A DNA stretch of 63,335 nt, counting the filler, from Octopus bimaculoides (taxonomy: Eukaryota), in the NCBI RefSeq assembly GCF_001194135.2. It is 6 parts of 6 records of this genome, joined end to end, with 100 filler letters (N's around TTAATTAATTAA, not from the genome) between each part and the next. Parts side by side here need not be neighbours in the genome. Positions count along the whole stretch, not along the records: positions 7,280 to 32,403 come from NC_068983.1; 5 more parts are not named here. One strand, written 5' to 3'. The notes beneath the pieces are model-generated. The model did not search any database. It was not told where the DNA came from and saw only the letters and a program-made list of their open reading frames with translations. Of the stretch, positions 12,362 through 27,330 are shown piece by piece; positions within the stretch are counted from its first letter, which is position 1; every line of letters starts with the position of its first letter. The position numbers and the translations under genes were made by a program.

Positions 12362-12594
12362 TCTCTTCTTCTTCTTCTTCTTCTTCTTCTTCTTCTTCTT
12401 CTTCTTCTTCTTCTTCTTCTTCTTCTTCTTCTTCTTCTTCTTCTTCTTCTTCTTCTTCTTCTTCTTCTTCTTCTTCTTCTTCTTCTTCTTCTTCTTCTTC
12501 TTCTTCTTCTTCTTCTTCTTCTTCTTCTTCTTCTTCTGTTTCTTCTTCTTCTTCTTCTTCTTCTTCTTTTTCTTCTTCTTCTTCTTCTACTACC

Positions 12595-12658
<64 letters not shown>

Positions 12659-12659
12659 T

Positions 12660-12701
<42 letters not shown>

Positions 12702-12705
12702 CACT
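12362..12705. repeat. Compound microsatellite (TTC)n-(TAC)n
   Basis: About 225 bp of TTC, then about 115 bp of TAC; source of the poly-S/L/F/R/E ORFs. Confidence 0.98.
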
Positions 12706-12879
12706 TCCATTTAATTCTACCACTCGTCATTTCTTTTTCTTTTCTTCTGCCTCATGCCTACTCATGAATCAGTTTTTATTATTTCTCTGTTTCTCCATTA
12801 ATTTTCTATCTAGTACCATCCTTTTCTTCTTTTTTGCAACTCTCACATAATCATAGTTATCGTCATTGCCATCATTATC

Positions 12880-12902
12880 GTTGTCGTCGTCGTTGTCATG
12901 AC

Positions 12903-12977
<75 letters not shown>

Positions 12978-12985
12978 TGTGGTCG
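12880..12985. repeat. (ATC)n microsatellite
   Basis: Direct reading. Confidence 0.95.
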
Positions 12986-13508
12986 TCATCAATATAACAG
13001 TAGAACACTGAACAACCATGTTAACAATAAACAACAACGTACGATTTTCAGTAATATCTTTCTTGGCGTTCAGAGCTTTTCTAAATGTTGCTAGCCAGAT
13101 TTTTGGTTATGCGTGGAAAGATTCGAAATTATTTTTGTGTACACGTTCAACGTAGAATGAGTGCTTTATCCTACACGAAAACTGGTAGAACATATGTAAT
13201 CGGTTGTCTAGATTTTAAAACCATAGCATATACGACGAAACAGGAAGAGTAGATGAGTCGCACACTTGCTCACAGGCTGCCATCAGAAAAAGGTATTATG
13301 ATAAGTATCATATAACTTATATCCCTTGATCTTATACTTATAAAAAGTTTGTGGTAAACAAAGATTAGACTGTGACACAAGAATGGTAACCTACAAAATG
13401 CAACCAGGTTTTACCTATATGCAACAAGTTCTTGATGACCTGCGAAGCTGAAAACGCCATGTGAGCTCCGCTTACCACAGGCGGAGTAGTAAATGAAACG
13501 AATTATAT

Positions 13509-13650
13509 AAGCGGTGCTCTAACTCTCCTCAAGCGGAGCTCAAATGGTGTGCAAACAGAGCTCAAATGGTGTGCAAGCGGAGCTCAAATGGTGTGCAAGC
13601 GTAGCTCGAACGGTACTCAAGCGGAACTCGAACGGTGCTCAAGCGGAGCT
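13509..13650 (+). repeat. GC-rich 22-bp minisatellite, about 6 units
   Basis: Consensus AAGCGGAGCTCAAATGGTGTGC; later units diverge (AAGCGGAACTCGAACGGTGCTC). Confidence 0.9.
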
Positions 13651-13936
13651 AAACAGAAAGTCCTGTCGTTATTTTATTTTGTAAATATCTCTTCAGGTCC
13701 TTCTGTTAAGAAAAATAGGAAAAAAGAATACAAAAAACAGGCAAAAGTTAAAAAAAAGGCAAAACAGAGAGAGCAACGGAATGGAGCAGAGAAGAGTAAT
13801 AATTGCCACAACATTTCTCAAATATCCCACCATATATAATGTTATTTCATTTCTCAGAACCCTTGGGTTGATCTACCAGTGAGTGGCAGAGAGTAAGTAG
13901 ACGAAATCATGTGTGTGTGCCCCTATGTGTCCCCGC

Positions 13937-13972
<36 letters not shown>

Positions 13973-14759
13973 CTGTGTGCCTGAGAGCGTATTTGTGTGT
14001 TTCCTTGTATATCCTCTAACGTTATGTAGCGCTTCTATATATTCTTTCGGATTGTATGTTTCGTTTAAAAAAAAATATCACAATTAATATCATTTTCACA
14101 CATTTTAAAGCAGTCTATCTACCGCCGGAAATGATTTAGTACCATATTCTTGGGCTATGTGTGGCTCTGTGTTTTGAAATGTTTGAATGTTTTCGTGTGT
14201 GGCTCACTCTGTTATTCTTTGTTTTTCTTAGAAGTGTTTCAAGTATTTGTCGTATATAAGTACTTAGAGCTCCACTGTGAGGTATGAATATTGTTTGTTT
14301 TAAGTAATACATGTGTTTCTTGTATGCTGTGTGAATTCTATTACATCAGAGAGCAGTTCCTCTCTTGAACACGCTATATGTGTATTATGCTATTCGCAAG
14401 TAATCGCGAAAGCCGTGTGCCCTGTCAGGTGCTGATAGTGACTTTATAAAATGACTCGTATAGGTTTCTTTATTATATTTACCGGCGTTTAAAAGCAATA
14501 CATATGCAAGGGTGTACAGACATTGAGCTTCAGGGATTGTGCAACTGAAAGTAAGTTGCCGCAGGTAGAATGTGCTTGGCGGAGATAATTTAGAAAATAA
14601 AAACAAAGTCAAAAGCGCAGCGTTGGATTATTGTGTGATTTCTTTACTGTTGGTAGTGTTCATAAACCATATCCTATTAAAACATTATTGCATATTGATC
14701 ATATGCTGACTTGATTTCCGCTGCTGGTTATGCTATTTCGACAGTTCGCTTACTAATAT

Positions 14760-15520
14760 TTCTCAGGACAAATATGGCTGACTCAATTTTTTGTAATACG
14801 GTTGTTGACGTATATTATTGTTGTTAATGTTACTTCTAATGACTCTTCTATTGGGGATGGCTTTGGTTTTCATGAGACGCACTTTTTTCTGGGGCTGTAG
14901 CACTGTCTGCCATTTATTCATGGAATGTTTTACATATTTTATGATTATTGGTGCTAACTTGTTCATGGCTAGTGTTTCTGGGATCTATGTGTGAGGGATA
15001 CTATCAAAATTCTTTCAGTAATCCATTCAGGCCATACTTCGACTCATCTTCTTTCTGCAGCTATCTCCATATGAGCCCTTGCAATATCCCTTCTGCTCTC
15101 CTGGAAAGAGGTTGTTTTCTTCCAGATGCTTGCTTATTTTCTGCAATATTGTTGCTGTAAAAACTTTGTAAATTGTAGGTAGATAGGATATCAGTCTGTA
15201 ATATTGTGGGTCGCCGTTTCAGTGGTTTTGGGAATTAGAATAGTTTTCTTCTCAGTGAGCCATTCAGGCATTGTCTCTGGCTCTGCTAGTATTTCATTAA
15301 ATTCCTCAGCCAGTTTCTTATATGTTCCTGTTACGTATTTAAGTGGAAGTTGGTGATTTTGTCGTGCCCGGGTGCCTTCTAACTGCTTAGCTTTTGGAAT
15401 GCCTGGGTGACCTCTTGAGTTATAGGGGTGGGGGGGCAGAGTTGTTCAGATGCTGTGTTCGTTGTTTTCATACATCTTTTCTGAGATTGTTCCTCCGTCG
15501 ACCATATTTCTCTCCAAAAC
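14760..15520 (-). mobile_element. R4/Dong-like non-LTR RT N-terminal domains, decayed
   Basis: Minus-strand reading gives EEFNEILAEPETMPEWLT..TILIPK, YLPTIYKV, EQKG and MNKLAPIIIKYVKHSMNKWQTVL. The 5' end abuts (TAA)n at 15521. Confidence 0.8.
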
Positions 15521-15615
<95 letters not shown>

Positions 15616-15758
15616 CATTGTTGTTGTTTTTATTATTATTACTGTTGATGTTCTTTATGTTTTTGTGGGGTCCTGAGAAATAGCAATACTAGCAGCATGA
15701 GCCACAGAAATCGCGATAGCAGCAGCACTAGAGGAAAGAGAAACAGCAGTAACGATAT

Positions 15759-15832
<74 letters not shown>
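15521..15832. repeat. (TTA)n (15521-15645) and (TAG)n (15757-15832) microsatellites
   Basis: Direct reading. Confidence 0.95.
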
Positions 15833-16074
15833 ACAGCAGAAGCAGCATCGACAGTCATCACCACTATCGTTGTATCAGATACTATAACTTTCACAGAAGT
15901 GTATGAATGAAAGTAGGCTAATGAATATTCGCAAATGACCTGTGTTTCTATTATATAAGTAACTGACATTACGTGAACGAATGAATAGTGATCTAGTTTG
16001 CGTTGTGCGTTGAATAATTAAGCTTATTTCAAAGAGACATTGAAGAAGGAGGTGATAATTAGCCTCAGCCTCTT

Positions 16075-16390
16075 AGTTTTCATACACAAGAATATCATGT
16101 GTGGCTAAGTAATTTGCTTTTCAAAAACATGTACTCGGGTTCAATGTTACTGTCCGACCGTTTCTAAATGTTTGCTCTACGACAGGCTCAGTTAAACCAA
16201 AAGCATCTGAGAGAACAGTAGCAGGCAAAACATATTTGAAGTACATCATAAGAGTCATCTTCTTGGATATTATAAACCAGCATCACATCGGTACCTGTTC
16301 CTTGTGAGTGGTTTGTAGTGTACTCTCATTCGTAGGAAACCTGGAAGCCAGGTCTCTTGGCTAAGCATACTTTCAACCATTCCTTCCGCA
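16075..16390. mobile_element. Two degenerate family C SINE heads, in opposite orientations
   Basis: TGTGTGGCTAAGTAATTTGCT..GGGTTCAATG (+) and GGAAACCTGGAAGCC..AAGCATACTTTCAACCAT (-) resemble 46815-46930 and 32770-32875. Confidence 0.45.
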
Positions 16391-19145
16391 TGTCTTAAAA
16401 AAACATTGATATTAAACAATATCCCGTTGATCTTTACGTAATATTTTCGGTAACTCTATTAAAATTAAGAATAATTTCATTATTGATTTAACTGCGCAGA
16501 GCGGATTGTGAAGCTAACAACAATAGAAGTGAAAACATTTTTATCAACCATACAGTAATTTAGCTGATATTATGAACTTTATTCGAGGTCGTTGAGAATT
16601 AACAATTTTAGGCCATAGATTTACAATTCCTAAGACAATCCTAAATGCTTAAAAAACTTCTTTATCAGAACATGGTGCTTCGAATTATGCACTGGTCTAC
16701 ACTCTAATGAACATGTGTATTTTATTAGAGCTACAAGTCGGACATATAAAACATTCTGAATGAAATTTGAAACACATTTTCTCATGTTGCATGTCTCAGA
16801 ATACATTCGTATTCTTGCGCCTATGTATTAGCGGTTGTTTGGTTTAATATTACAACCTAAATATAATGTGCCTTTCATGAACTCCACTGAAATGCATACA
16901 TTCCTGCATACCTTCGTCATTTCTTTTTCTGTGTTTGGTTTTCTCTTTTAATGGCTCTTTATTTCTCTCTTAATTAGCATATAAGCAGTATGTAACGTTG
17001 GGTGATGCTGTATAGGTTATGCAAGAACTGAAACTATTACCGGATATTCACACTTAGAATGAGCGTTTGCATGAATTATGTGTGTGCCACGTTAGTTGAT
17101 ATAAGGCTAGCTATCATAAAAAATGTTTTCGTTTTTGTCCCTTACACATCTCAAGCTATACATCAATTTCAGTACTCTTACGAGGACAATGCTACCTTTT
17201 AATCCAACATAATTCTTCACACCCAGGCCTCATGATGACGTATTTTTGTATCTGACATCCAACACAACAATGATTGATAAGCATGCCATATTTCTTCGCA
17301 TACACAATGCAACAGAAAGCTTCTAGCATGTAACAATTTATTCCTCTTCCTCAGAATATTTTGTCTATTGTATTTAATCTGGTTACATCATTTCCCATAT
17401 TCACTTGAACACTTGAAGCAGAATTTTAAACATCTGGAACCAAACGAACTCGAACACTAGGAGTATTTCACAAGCCATATGGGTATGGGTACACCATTCA
17501 TAGAGATCAAACAAATAAAATAAAATCACAATATTCTATATATCTGTAAATTGTCTTACGCCTTCCATAATATAAGCATATATCTATGTTTTTTATTCGT
17601 TTCAACCATGCAGCTGCGGTCATACTAGGGCACTCCTGCATACATATACATCGTCCATATATATTTACTTTGTCTCCACATTCTGTGGATTTTAATCGAT
17701 GGGTTGTTGCCTTAAACGGCACTCTTTGAAGGTTTAGTCGAACAAATCGACGCCATTAATTAATTTTAAGTTATGTAATAATTCAATCACCCTAATTAAT
17801 GAACAGCCAATTTCTATACAGTGTATGACCTCAGTACCAGAGGAGTAATGCTAAAATCACATCCCAAAGTGTCACACAATAGAACAGAAAATAAAACGTC
17901 GCCGAATTTAATGTAACGAATTCATAGACATAAATTACTTCACCTAAATATGTATGTGTCCAAGTATAAATTTTATAATTATAACAGAGCTAGATAGTAA
18001 GATAGGCATATAGATAGATAGACTGATAGACAGTTCGTTAGGTAGACATATACATACACTCTTATAGATGCGTAATCAGCAATCACAAACATACACAAAC
18101 ATAAGCATATATGCGTGACTTTGCATAAGATTATATGTTTGTTTTATAAAGATTTAACTTGTAATGGTGAATATAGCACGTATGGTAAGCTATTTGTGTG
18201 AGAGCTAAAACTAAGAAGGAACGAGAGAGTGGTGCAGAACGTATATATATATACATATATATATTTCTTATCTTCAGGAACGCAAACATTATAATTTGAA
18301 TACGGTTCAAATATTTGTATCCTATACTTTGACAATTTGAGAAGTGTACTCCGCCAGAAAATACGATATGTTCTAAATAACCTTGCCAATTTTTTAAAAC
18401 CTGTACTGTAAGTGTGTAAAAGGATTCTTTTAAATTCAATAAGAGACTAAGAATGATTTCTCGCTGACTCCAAATAAAACATGTTTTGTTGCACAAATCT
18501 AAGGAGGACATGGCTTCCAAAATATATGTTCGCATAAAACATTTCAGTCCTCTAATTTAGCAGCCACGATGCGATTGACGAAATCAGATATTGTTCTTTC
18601 GTCCATTTTTTTAGTACTTTCGAATAACTCGATCTAAAGGTACAAGTAAAAGAAAAATGCCAAAAAAAACGTACAGACACCTAACAATCAATAATTCTAC
18701 GTCACAGAATAATGTGCTGAAAGAATAAATGCAGTTAACGATGCAAGTGTATTAGTACAGGATGCCAATCCCCCCCACACACACACACACTTTTTTTCAT
18801 TGTGGTATCAATAAGATAGTTTTTGCGGATCAGAACTTTAATTAATTCTTAATTAAGCACATCAGACGTTTACTCTAGCCTCTATCATTATTGATTCATT
18901 CCGTCACCAAATGAAATTTTATACAATAAAACGTTTTCTTTCTTTTTACCAGAAGTGTTACCTATTTTAAAGTTATGCTAACTTTTCCAGCATTTACAAG
19001 CGAATCCAACACTTTACACACACAAACACACATGCACACACAAGCGCGCACGGACGGACATATTCATATACATGCACACATAGAGACAGACATGTAGATA
19101 TAAATGTACATACATACATGCATAAATAGAAACAAACACACACAC

Positions 19146-19187
<42 letters not shown>

Positions 19188-20383
19188 NNNNNNNNNNNNN
19201 NNNNNNNNNNNNNNNNNNNNNNNNNNNNNNNNNNNNNNNNNNNNNNNNNNNNNNNNNNNNNNNNNNNNNNNNNNNNNNNNNNNNNNNNNNNNNNNNNNNN
19301 NNNNNNNNNNNNNNNNNNNNNNNNNNNNNNNNNNNNNNNNNNNNNNNNNNNNNNNNNNNNNNNNNNNNNNNNNNNNNNNNNNNNNNNNNNNNNNNNNNNN
19401 NNNNNNNNNNNNNNNNNNNNNNNNNNNNNNNNNNNNNNNNNNNNNNNNNNNNNNNNNNNNNNNNNNNNNNNNNNNNNNNNNNNNNNNNNNNNNNNNNNNN
19501 NNNNNNNNNNNNNNNNNNNNNNNNNNNNNNNNNNNNNNNNNNNNNNNNNNNNNNNNTATATGTGTGTGTATGTATATAAATGTATGTATACATATCTATG
19601 TATGTACGCATTTTTGTGCAGGGGACAAAAAGAAATAGAATTTAAATTTGGAGCTCATGCATTTATTTCTAAATATATATGTATGATTAGTAAACACAAT
19701 ATTTATATTATATCAAAATAAATTAAATATACGTCTTCAATGAAATTGACTAAATGCTGTGCATAACGCATATCATTTTCTTCTAAACATCGTACTCAAA
19801 TAGTTTGATAAAACTTTCGGTGGAGAATTACTGGAGATAGCAGAAGTAACGGCATACACCTGATAATGTAACAAGATTATTTTAAAATACATTCGTCTCG
19901 CATGTGATCCACACCAACACAACTAAAATGGCAATATTCTAAATGCAGCCGAAACTAATTTATTATTGATAATTTGCTATCGACTCGCCAGAAATCAGTG
20001 CGCGTTATCACATAACCATTTTACCAAATATTATTAATAATAACGAGTCTAGTTGCTTAGATTCGAAAATCCGGGCTGTTTTTCCCTGAAGACATCTAAT
20101 TCAGTGGAGTTGTGTGTCTCGAACTTCACCCGAATCAATGAATCAAGTTTGTCGTAAAAACACATCAGCTATAAGGAGGCGTTAACTGACAGCGAAATAC
20201 TAAGCGAGTGACATATTCCTGTTCAACTATGCCTCCTCACTCCTCCTCCCCCTCTCTCTCTGAAACACATTTTATATGCATTCACGCACACCTACATACA
20301 CACACACAAATTACACACACACACACACAAACACTGGGCGCGCGCACTCACACACGCACACACACACACACGCACACACACAC

Positions 20384-20414
<31 letters not shown>

Positions 20415-21470
20415 TATGCGTATCTGCAGAGAAAAAAAGTTGCTCTTTCTTAAGGATATATCAAACCATTCGCTAATNNNNNNNNNNNNNNNNNNNNNNN
20501 NNNNNNNNNNNNNNNNNNNNNNNNNNNNNNNNNNNNNNNNNNNNNNNNNNNNNNNNNNNNNNNNNNNNNNNNNNNNNNNNNNNNNNNNNNNNNNNNNNNN
20601 NNNNNNNNNNNNNNNNNNNNNNNNNNNNNNNNNNNNNNNNNNNNNNNNNNNNNNNNNNNNNNNNNNNNNNNNNNNNNNNNNNNNNNNNNNNNNNNNNNNN
20701 NNNNNNNNNNNNNNNNNNNNNNNNNNNNNNNNNNNNNNNNNNNNNNNNNNNNNNNNNNNNNNNNNNNNNNNNNNNNNNNNNNNNNNNNNNNNNNNNNNNN
20801 NNNNNNNNNNNNNNNNNNNNNNNNNNNNNNNNNNNNNNNNNNNNNNNNNNNNNNNNNNNNNNNNNNNNNNNNNNNNNNNNNNNNNNNNNNNNNNNNNNNN
20901 NNNNNNNNNNNNNNNNNNNNNNNNNNNNNNNNNNNNNNNNNNNNNNNNNNNNNNNNNNNNNNNNNNNNNNNNNNNNNNNNNNNNNNNNNNNNNNNNNNNN
21001 NNNNNNNNNNNNNNNNNNNNNNNNNNNNNNNNNNNNNNNNNNNNNNNNNNNNNNNNNNNNNNNNNNNNNNNNNNNNNNNNNNNNNNNNNNNNNNNNNNNN
21101 NNNNNNNNNNNNNNNNNNNNNNNNNNNNNNNNNNNNNNNNNNNNNNNNNNNNNNNNNNNNNNNNNNNNNNNNNNNNNNNNNNNNNNNNNNNNNNNNNNNN
21201 NNNNNNNNNNNNNNNNNNNNNNNNNNNNNNNNNNNNNNNNNNNNNNNNNNNNNNNNNNNNNNNNNNNNNNNNNNNNNNNNNNNNNNNNNNNNNNNNNNNN
21301 NNNNNNNNNNNNNNNNNNNNNNNNNNNNNNNNNNNNNNNNNNNNNNNNNNNNNNNNNNNNNNNNNNNNNNNNNNNNNNNNNNNNNNNNNNNNNNNNNNNN
21401 NNNNNNNNNNNNNNNNNNNNNNNNNNATATATATATATTTTTATTTTTTTTATTTATTTATATATATATA

Positions 21471-21514
<44 letters not shown>

Positions 21515-23741
21515 TATGTACAAGTCTATGTGTATGTAAGAATACATGCATAACTATTGGCTTGCATATGTATATACTTCAATGAGACAATGAGGTATTG
21601 ATGTATTAAATAACTGTTGTCGTATGTTTTCTATAGTAGTTATATTCCTTACAGGCTATGCGTGAATAGATAGCTCATTCCGACATATTCTTTTTCACAT
21701 TTATAGCGGCTATGTTTAGATATATTCGCATGCGTCGCTATGACAATCTTTGAGCTTATAAAACGTGTTAACATGCTCTTTACAGCCGTGTTGATAGATG
21801 TTGTAAATAGGCCCGTAATTTTACTTATTGAGCTAAATCAAGACATACTGTAATATTGTTGTCACAACAATTCACGGATAAAATTTATAGCTTCAAATAG
21901 AAAGCACTTTATAATCATTGCCATAACTTAAATAATTTAATATATTGCTGGAATCTATTGATTCGAACGCAATTAATTAAAACATGATCAATATTGAATT
22001 AAACTATATAAAGATGAGGTTCACTGGCGATACATATTTCAGATAATGCCTAGACGTATGTCTGGGAATTGTGCCAAAGTGCTAAAACGCAATAGAACTC
22101 GTTTTATTAGATGATATTATCGCAAAATTGATCGAAATTGTTTGTAATTTAAGTGTACATGAAACACTATCTCGAAACACAGAATATATTTCATTATTGA
22201 TGTGCATAGTACGCAGTTTTCGTGCGCTTTAAAAGGACGAGATAATTTGCTTTACGTAGACAGTGTAGAATATTCACTCTCAGAAGCTTGAATTGCAACG
22301 TAGTGTTTTCTGGCTTTAGAATCAGTTTCAAAGTACACCTAAATATAAAACAAATGCATAGGTTAAAGCAAAGGGATTTAAATTTTGACATCAGTATCTG
22401 TTTAACAGCTTACTTGAACTTAGGTTATCTTTAGCAAATTTCATGCTGTAGAAATCTTTCTAATCGGGTTCATAATTTTTTACACTCTTTTTAATGTAGA
22501 CATTGATTTAGCACTGCTCAGTCTGGAATAAAATCAATCTGAGAGTATCTGCAAAATTTATGACCTGTCACTTCCGCTTTGTTTAATATTTAAAGCTTAG
22601 TAAAATGCGTTTACTTCACTTACATAGACATGGTTAGGTGTGTAGTTTGGTGTCCGTAATAAAACATGCATCTCTTTTTACTGAAATATATCACTGATAA
22701 TACAAGTTTTACACTATCAGATATGAAGGAGAGGAATATATCGGAAGCATCATATGATTAAGATCTACATTCTGAGACTGACATTAGCTGATTCCTGCGT
22801 TTCTATTGCAATGTCATATTTACGTAAGTTGTTATGTTTGAACATTCTACATGTGCTCTTCTTTTAATGGCATTATGCTCTTTCATTTATATTAAGAATT
22901 TAACAAAGATATTAATGATTATTGATATGTAGCTTTAACCTTAATATAATCTGGCTAATAGGCGACATCAATTCAGGTCTGTTTAGCTTGTTCTCTAATC
23001 TCTATTCGGTCATTGGGTACAATCTTTAAAATAAAATCCAGTTGCATATTGCAAATGCAGCAAAATATAGATTGTAAATTTCAAAGGTAGAACACGTTTC
23101 AAGCAGTCATAATCAGGTAATATAAAAATACTATTTATTTAAACTGTGGTGTAGATACACTAAACGGCAGAAATTATTAGCAGTAAAATGAGAAATTTTT
23201 TCTGCAGCCTATGTTATGAGAGTGCGATGTACACTGAAATTTATATTATAGAATAATTTTAGTTTAACTTGTCTAAATGAGATATCAAAAGACTAATGAA
23301 CGTATAAGGAAATATTTTTGTGCGAAACGAATTGCAAAGTGCTCAATAAAAATCAAACGAATAAGTTTTAAAATTATAATACATGGTAAATTTTAAATGA
23401 AAATTAGTTGAAAAATATAATTATGCTAAAACTTGAAATTTTCCTAACTATTCATCTATATTCATGAAATAGGATTTTCTTCGGCTGGGAAAATGTTTTA
23501 ATTTTATAAATTGAATAATTTCATAACAAGGAATAATTTTCTCATCAATAAATGTTTAACGATTTACTGCCTGACAGTGATTATGCTGCACATGAAGCCA
23601 GATTGTTTCGGTGTTTCTGAAAGAATATGTTTATAACATTTGTCAGAAAGAATATATACATACGTGTACGTACTTGTGTTTGTACGTATGTGTGTATATG
23701 TGCCTACACCCATATACATATGTATGTGCGCGTACGTATGC

Positions 23742-23794
<53 letters not shown>

Positions 23795-24515
23795 CATATA
23801 GACGCACATACACACATACATACATGAATACACACACACCCTTATGTATATTATAAACAATAAAGTGTTTCAAACTCACGAACGAACGAGCATGAGATTG
23901 AGGCAGTCGAAACATTTGCGAATCGATGCAATTCATCATGTTGTCGAAATGTGTGGAGCTTCGGTTATCACTGAATTACAGACTTCACATGGAGAAAAGT
24001 TATATGAATAATTGGAAATTTTCCTTTGTTGCAAAAAAATATTTATAAAAATGTACGTTCATCTCTGTCATAGCAACATTTGCTCTTTGAAAATGTTCAC
24101 ATATTATAAAGTTTATTGATTATGGCATATTGCATTTATCATCCTCGGGGCGGAGAATGCAAAATATAACACATGGAAAAAAATATATGGAAATTTGCGC
24201 TCCTCTACAAAGTGTATTTATGTGCGTAAATAATAATAATGCAGTATACTGAGCGAATATTATTGCATATTTGTTAAGAAAACAGCTAATGTCTTTAAGC
24301 GATTGAAAATCTCAATTTCTCTTTGCTAAACGCTCATTACACAACTGCATACACACACACACGTGCATACACATATGTATGATGCATGTATGTTTGAATG
24401 CATATATAAGTATACATGTATTATATAGATATATATATATGAATCAGTTAATCTATTTCTCCGTCAATCTGTTTTCTTCTATACATAGAAACACGCATGC
24501 ATTCATGTATAACCA

Positions 24516-24595
<80 letters not shown>

Positions 24596-25062
24596 TGTGT
24601 GTTTATTTTTCAGTCTCTGTAAGTATGTATGAAGGGAGAGGAGAAACAGAGTCAAATATATTGTTTTTCTTTAAAATTCGAAAATCGTCGACTCTGAGTG
24701 AGGAATTAATTTTAATGGAATATAACTTACCTCATGCATTGCAAACACATCCGAAAGAGAAAGAAAAAAAATCAAAGAAATTCGGGTGATAATTATAAGC
24801 ATAAAAGCTTGTGTCTTATAGTATGAGGTTTATATTTCTAAAACACGTTAGAAGAGACACAAACGTTAAACCGGCTAAGCCTGAAGTTATTATGTGAAAC
24901 ACCAATGTTAACCAGTTTGTATACAATCACGACAAAATCCACGAGCAATGAAATTTATTTCACATTTTTGGCATTTCAGGGCTCATAATTATTGTCTGTC
25001 TGTCTCTCTCTATATATAGTAAGAGAGTGTGTGTGAGACAGACAGAGCTCACAAGCATTTAG

Positions 25063-25095
<33 letters not shown>

Positions 25096-25097
25096 CA

Positions 25098-25129
<32 letters not shown>

Positions 25130-25669
25130 TACTCTCTCTCGTTGCATGGTGCGCTAAAGAACTAATTGACGAAAATAGCTATTTGTTTTTGTTTTTTGAA
25201 TTGGGTTATGCTATCCCACATTAGATTCGAACTCTGATTCATGTGAATAGGAGTAAAAAACCGAGGAATTGTCACATACGTATTATTAATACTCGTATAC
25301 TCACATGCACATACACACACATATACTATCATATACAAAGTCGGACGTACTTCTAAAGACACACGCAAACACAAGCATGTTCACATAAATGTGTATGAGT
25401 GCGTGGGAGGGCGCAATATCTCTATGAATATCTATATGAATTTAGAATCTCATTAGAAATATTAATTTTTAGCCTCTATTTGAAAAATTGCTCACAATAA
25501 AGTTTACAGCTGTATAATTGTTAATTCATCAGTCTGTCGGACGAAATGGATTTCTATATTTTTTTTACGACGCTTTTGGATTTCCTGTCACGCTGTACTT
25601 TTTGATTGCCTATTATTTGTCTCCTAACTAATTTCAAGTCATCTGCCTGTGTCAAACACATTTGATATT

Positions 25670-25890
25670 TACTACTGTTTCTAAGGAGGCGAGCTGGAAG
25701 AATCTTTATCAAAACGCTTAGCGGCATTTCGTCTGTTCTCACATTCTTAAGTTTAAATTCCACTAAGGTAGACTTTGTCTTTCATCCTTGTGGAGTCAAG
25801 AAAATGAGTACCGGTTAAGTACTGGTGGCGATGTAATCGTCTTACACACTCAGACTTTCTGACCTTGACAAAAATTCGAAACCAATATTT
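25670..25890 (+). mobile_element. Family B SINE
   Basis: GGCGAGCTGG head and GACTTTGTCTTTCATCCTTGTGGAGTCAAGAAAATGAGTACCGG core. Confidence 0.7.
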
Positions 25891-26067
25891 ACTGTTGTTT
25901 CTATTTAATAAGGAAGATAAAAATAAATATCCAACAAGCGATTGATATGTATCTGCCAGATTAACCTATTGATTTCTTTCTTTTTTTTTTTTTTTTTTNN
26001 NNNNNNNNTTCTTTTTTTTTTTTTTGTTTTGTCTTGGATTTATGATTTGATTCAAATCTCGATTTAT

Positions 26068-26145
26068 TTCGCGTACTTTCTATTCTCGATAAATTAATTA
26101 CCCTATTTCGCGTACTTTCTATTCTCGATAAATTAATTACCCTAT
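26068..26145 (+). repeat. Exact 39-bp tandem duplication
   Basis: TTCGCGTACTTTCTATTCTCGATAAATTAATTACCCTAT, two copies. Confidence 0.95.
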
Positions 26146-27109
26146 GTTTACTAGTTTTAATCAAATAAACTATTTCTGATATTGTGAACAAGTACCTATA
26201 TTAGAAACCATTTCGTATGAAAAGTAAGCAAGCATTTTAAATCAACGTGCAAGTAATATATCAACACTAATTTCTCCGTATGGAATTCTTCGTCGGGAAT
26301 TTCTCCGAAGTCACTGAAATATATTTTTTTCTCAACACCATACATATAAACGCTGAAGGAGTATTACAATGAGCAGTTATATAGAAACATAAATCAATTC
26401 TTCCGGATATCATAATGGACATTAAAGAATTATACAGTTTCATTAGACAGAATTTCAGTAAAACTTCTACAAAACAATTATCTTGAAATATTTAAGAGAG
26501 GCAATATAATGACAGGAAAAAGCAATTATATAAATGTTTATGAATGACTGAGTCAATTTATTGCCTTGGCTGTGTTAGGTCAAATATAATATGATATTTT
26601 CAACAGTCTATTGAGAACATTTTAAGCGACGTTTTTTTTTTACCTTTTCTATTATCTAATATACTTTATACATTGTCACTTTTCATTGTATCTCTAATTC
26701 TACATAAAAGTCCAAGCCTGCACAAAAAAAAAAAAAAAAATTAACGTAAATCTTTATAGAGTTCGATCCTGCCAACTTTATAAACTGCATACATATATTA
26801 TAATTTTGTGACCCCTTTTATATTTGCATAATTCTGTACTTCATGAAAACCATTCCTGTGATACGCAGAGTTTACTTTCCAGTAAGGGATCACAGTTAGC
26901 ATCAGTTTGTCAATGTTCGTCTTTAGCATGAGTGACAAGTAAGAAATACCTAACAAACAGGAGACAAATAGGAATGCCAAGAAAGTCTATCGTGATTTTT
27001 AAAATAAAAGAGATAATAACGTAAGAACAGAATCGGCAATAATTTAGACGTAAGGCAAAATTATGTTAATAAGAAAAAACGTCCAGCACTTTCTTTCAAT
27101 ATATAGATC

Positions 27110-27330
27110 AAATGTTAAGGTGGAGAACTGCCTGAATCGTTACTGCATCGTGAAAAATGTTTAGTGTAATTTCGGCTGTCCTTAGGTTATGTGATAAAAT
27201 TCCGCGAAGTTGACTTTGCTTTTCATCATCTCAGGGGTCGATAAAACGGATATGAGTTTAGCGCTGGGTTCTATATAATCGGCTTGCCTGCATGTCATCG
27301 AAATTAATGGCCCTGTGCCAAACATTTAAA
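27110..27330 (+). mobile_element. Family B SINE
   Basis: GACTTTGCTTTTCATCATCTCAGGGGTCGATAAAAC core. Confidence 0.65.

Noticed and set aside
12221-13094. Long ORFs with poly-L/S/F/R/E/D/H/M tracts
   Set aside because: Stop-free translations of (TTC)n, (TAC)n and (ATC)n microsatellites; no coding signal.
13509-13650. CRISPR-like regularly spaced repeats
   Set aside because: Units are contiguous with no unique spacers, there are no cas genes and the context is eukaryotic; it is a minisatellite.
18994-21513. Long ORFs containing X runs (also at 35-36, 42, 44, 48-49 and 61 kb)
   Set aside because: They are open only because N gaps and (AT)n contain no stop codons.
26255-26310. Minus-strand CCGACGA...GAAA string
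   Set aside because: The core is mutated, stem II is misaligned and there is no stem III.
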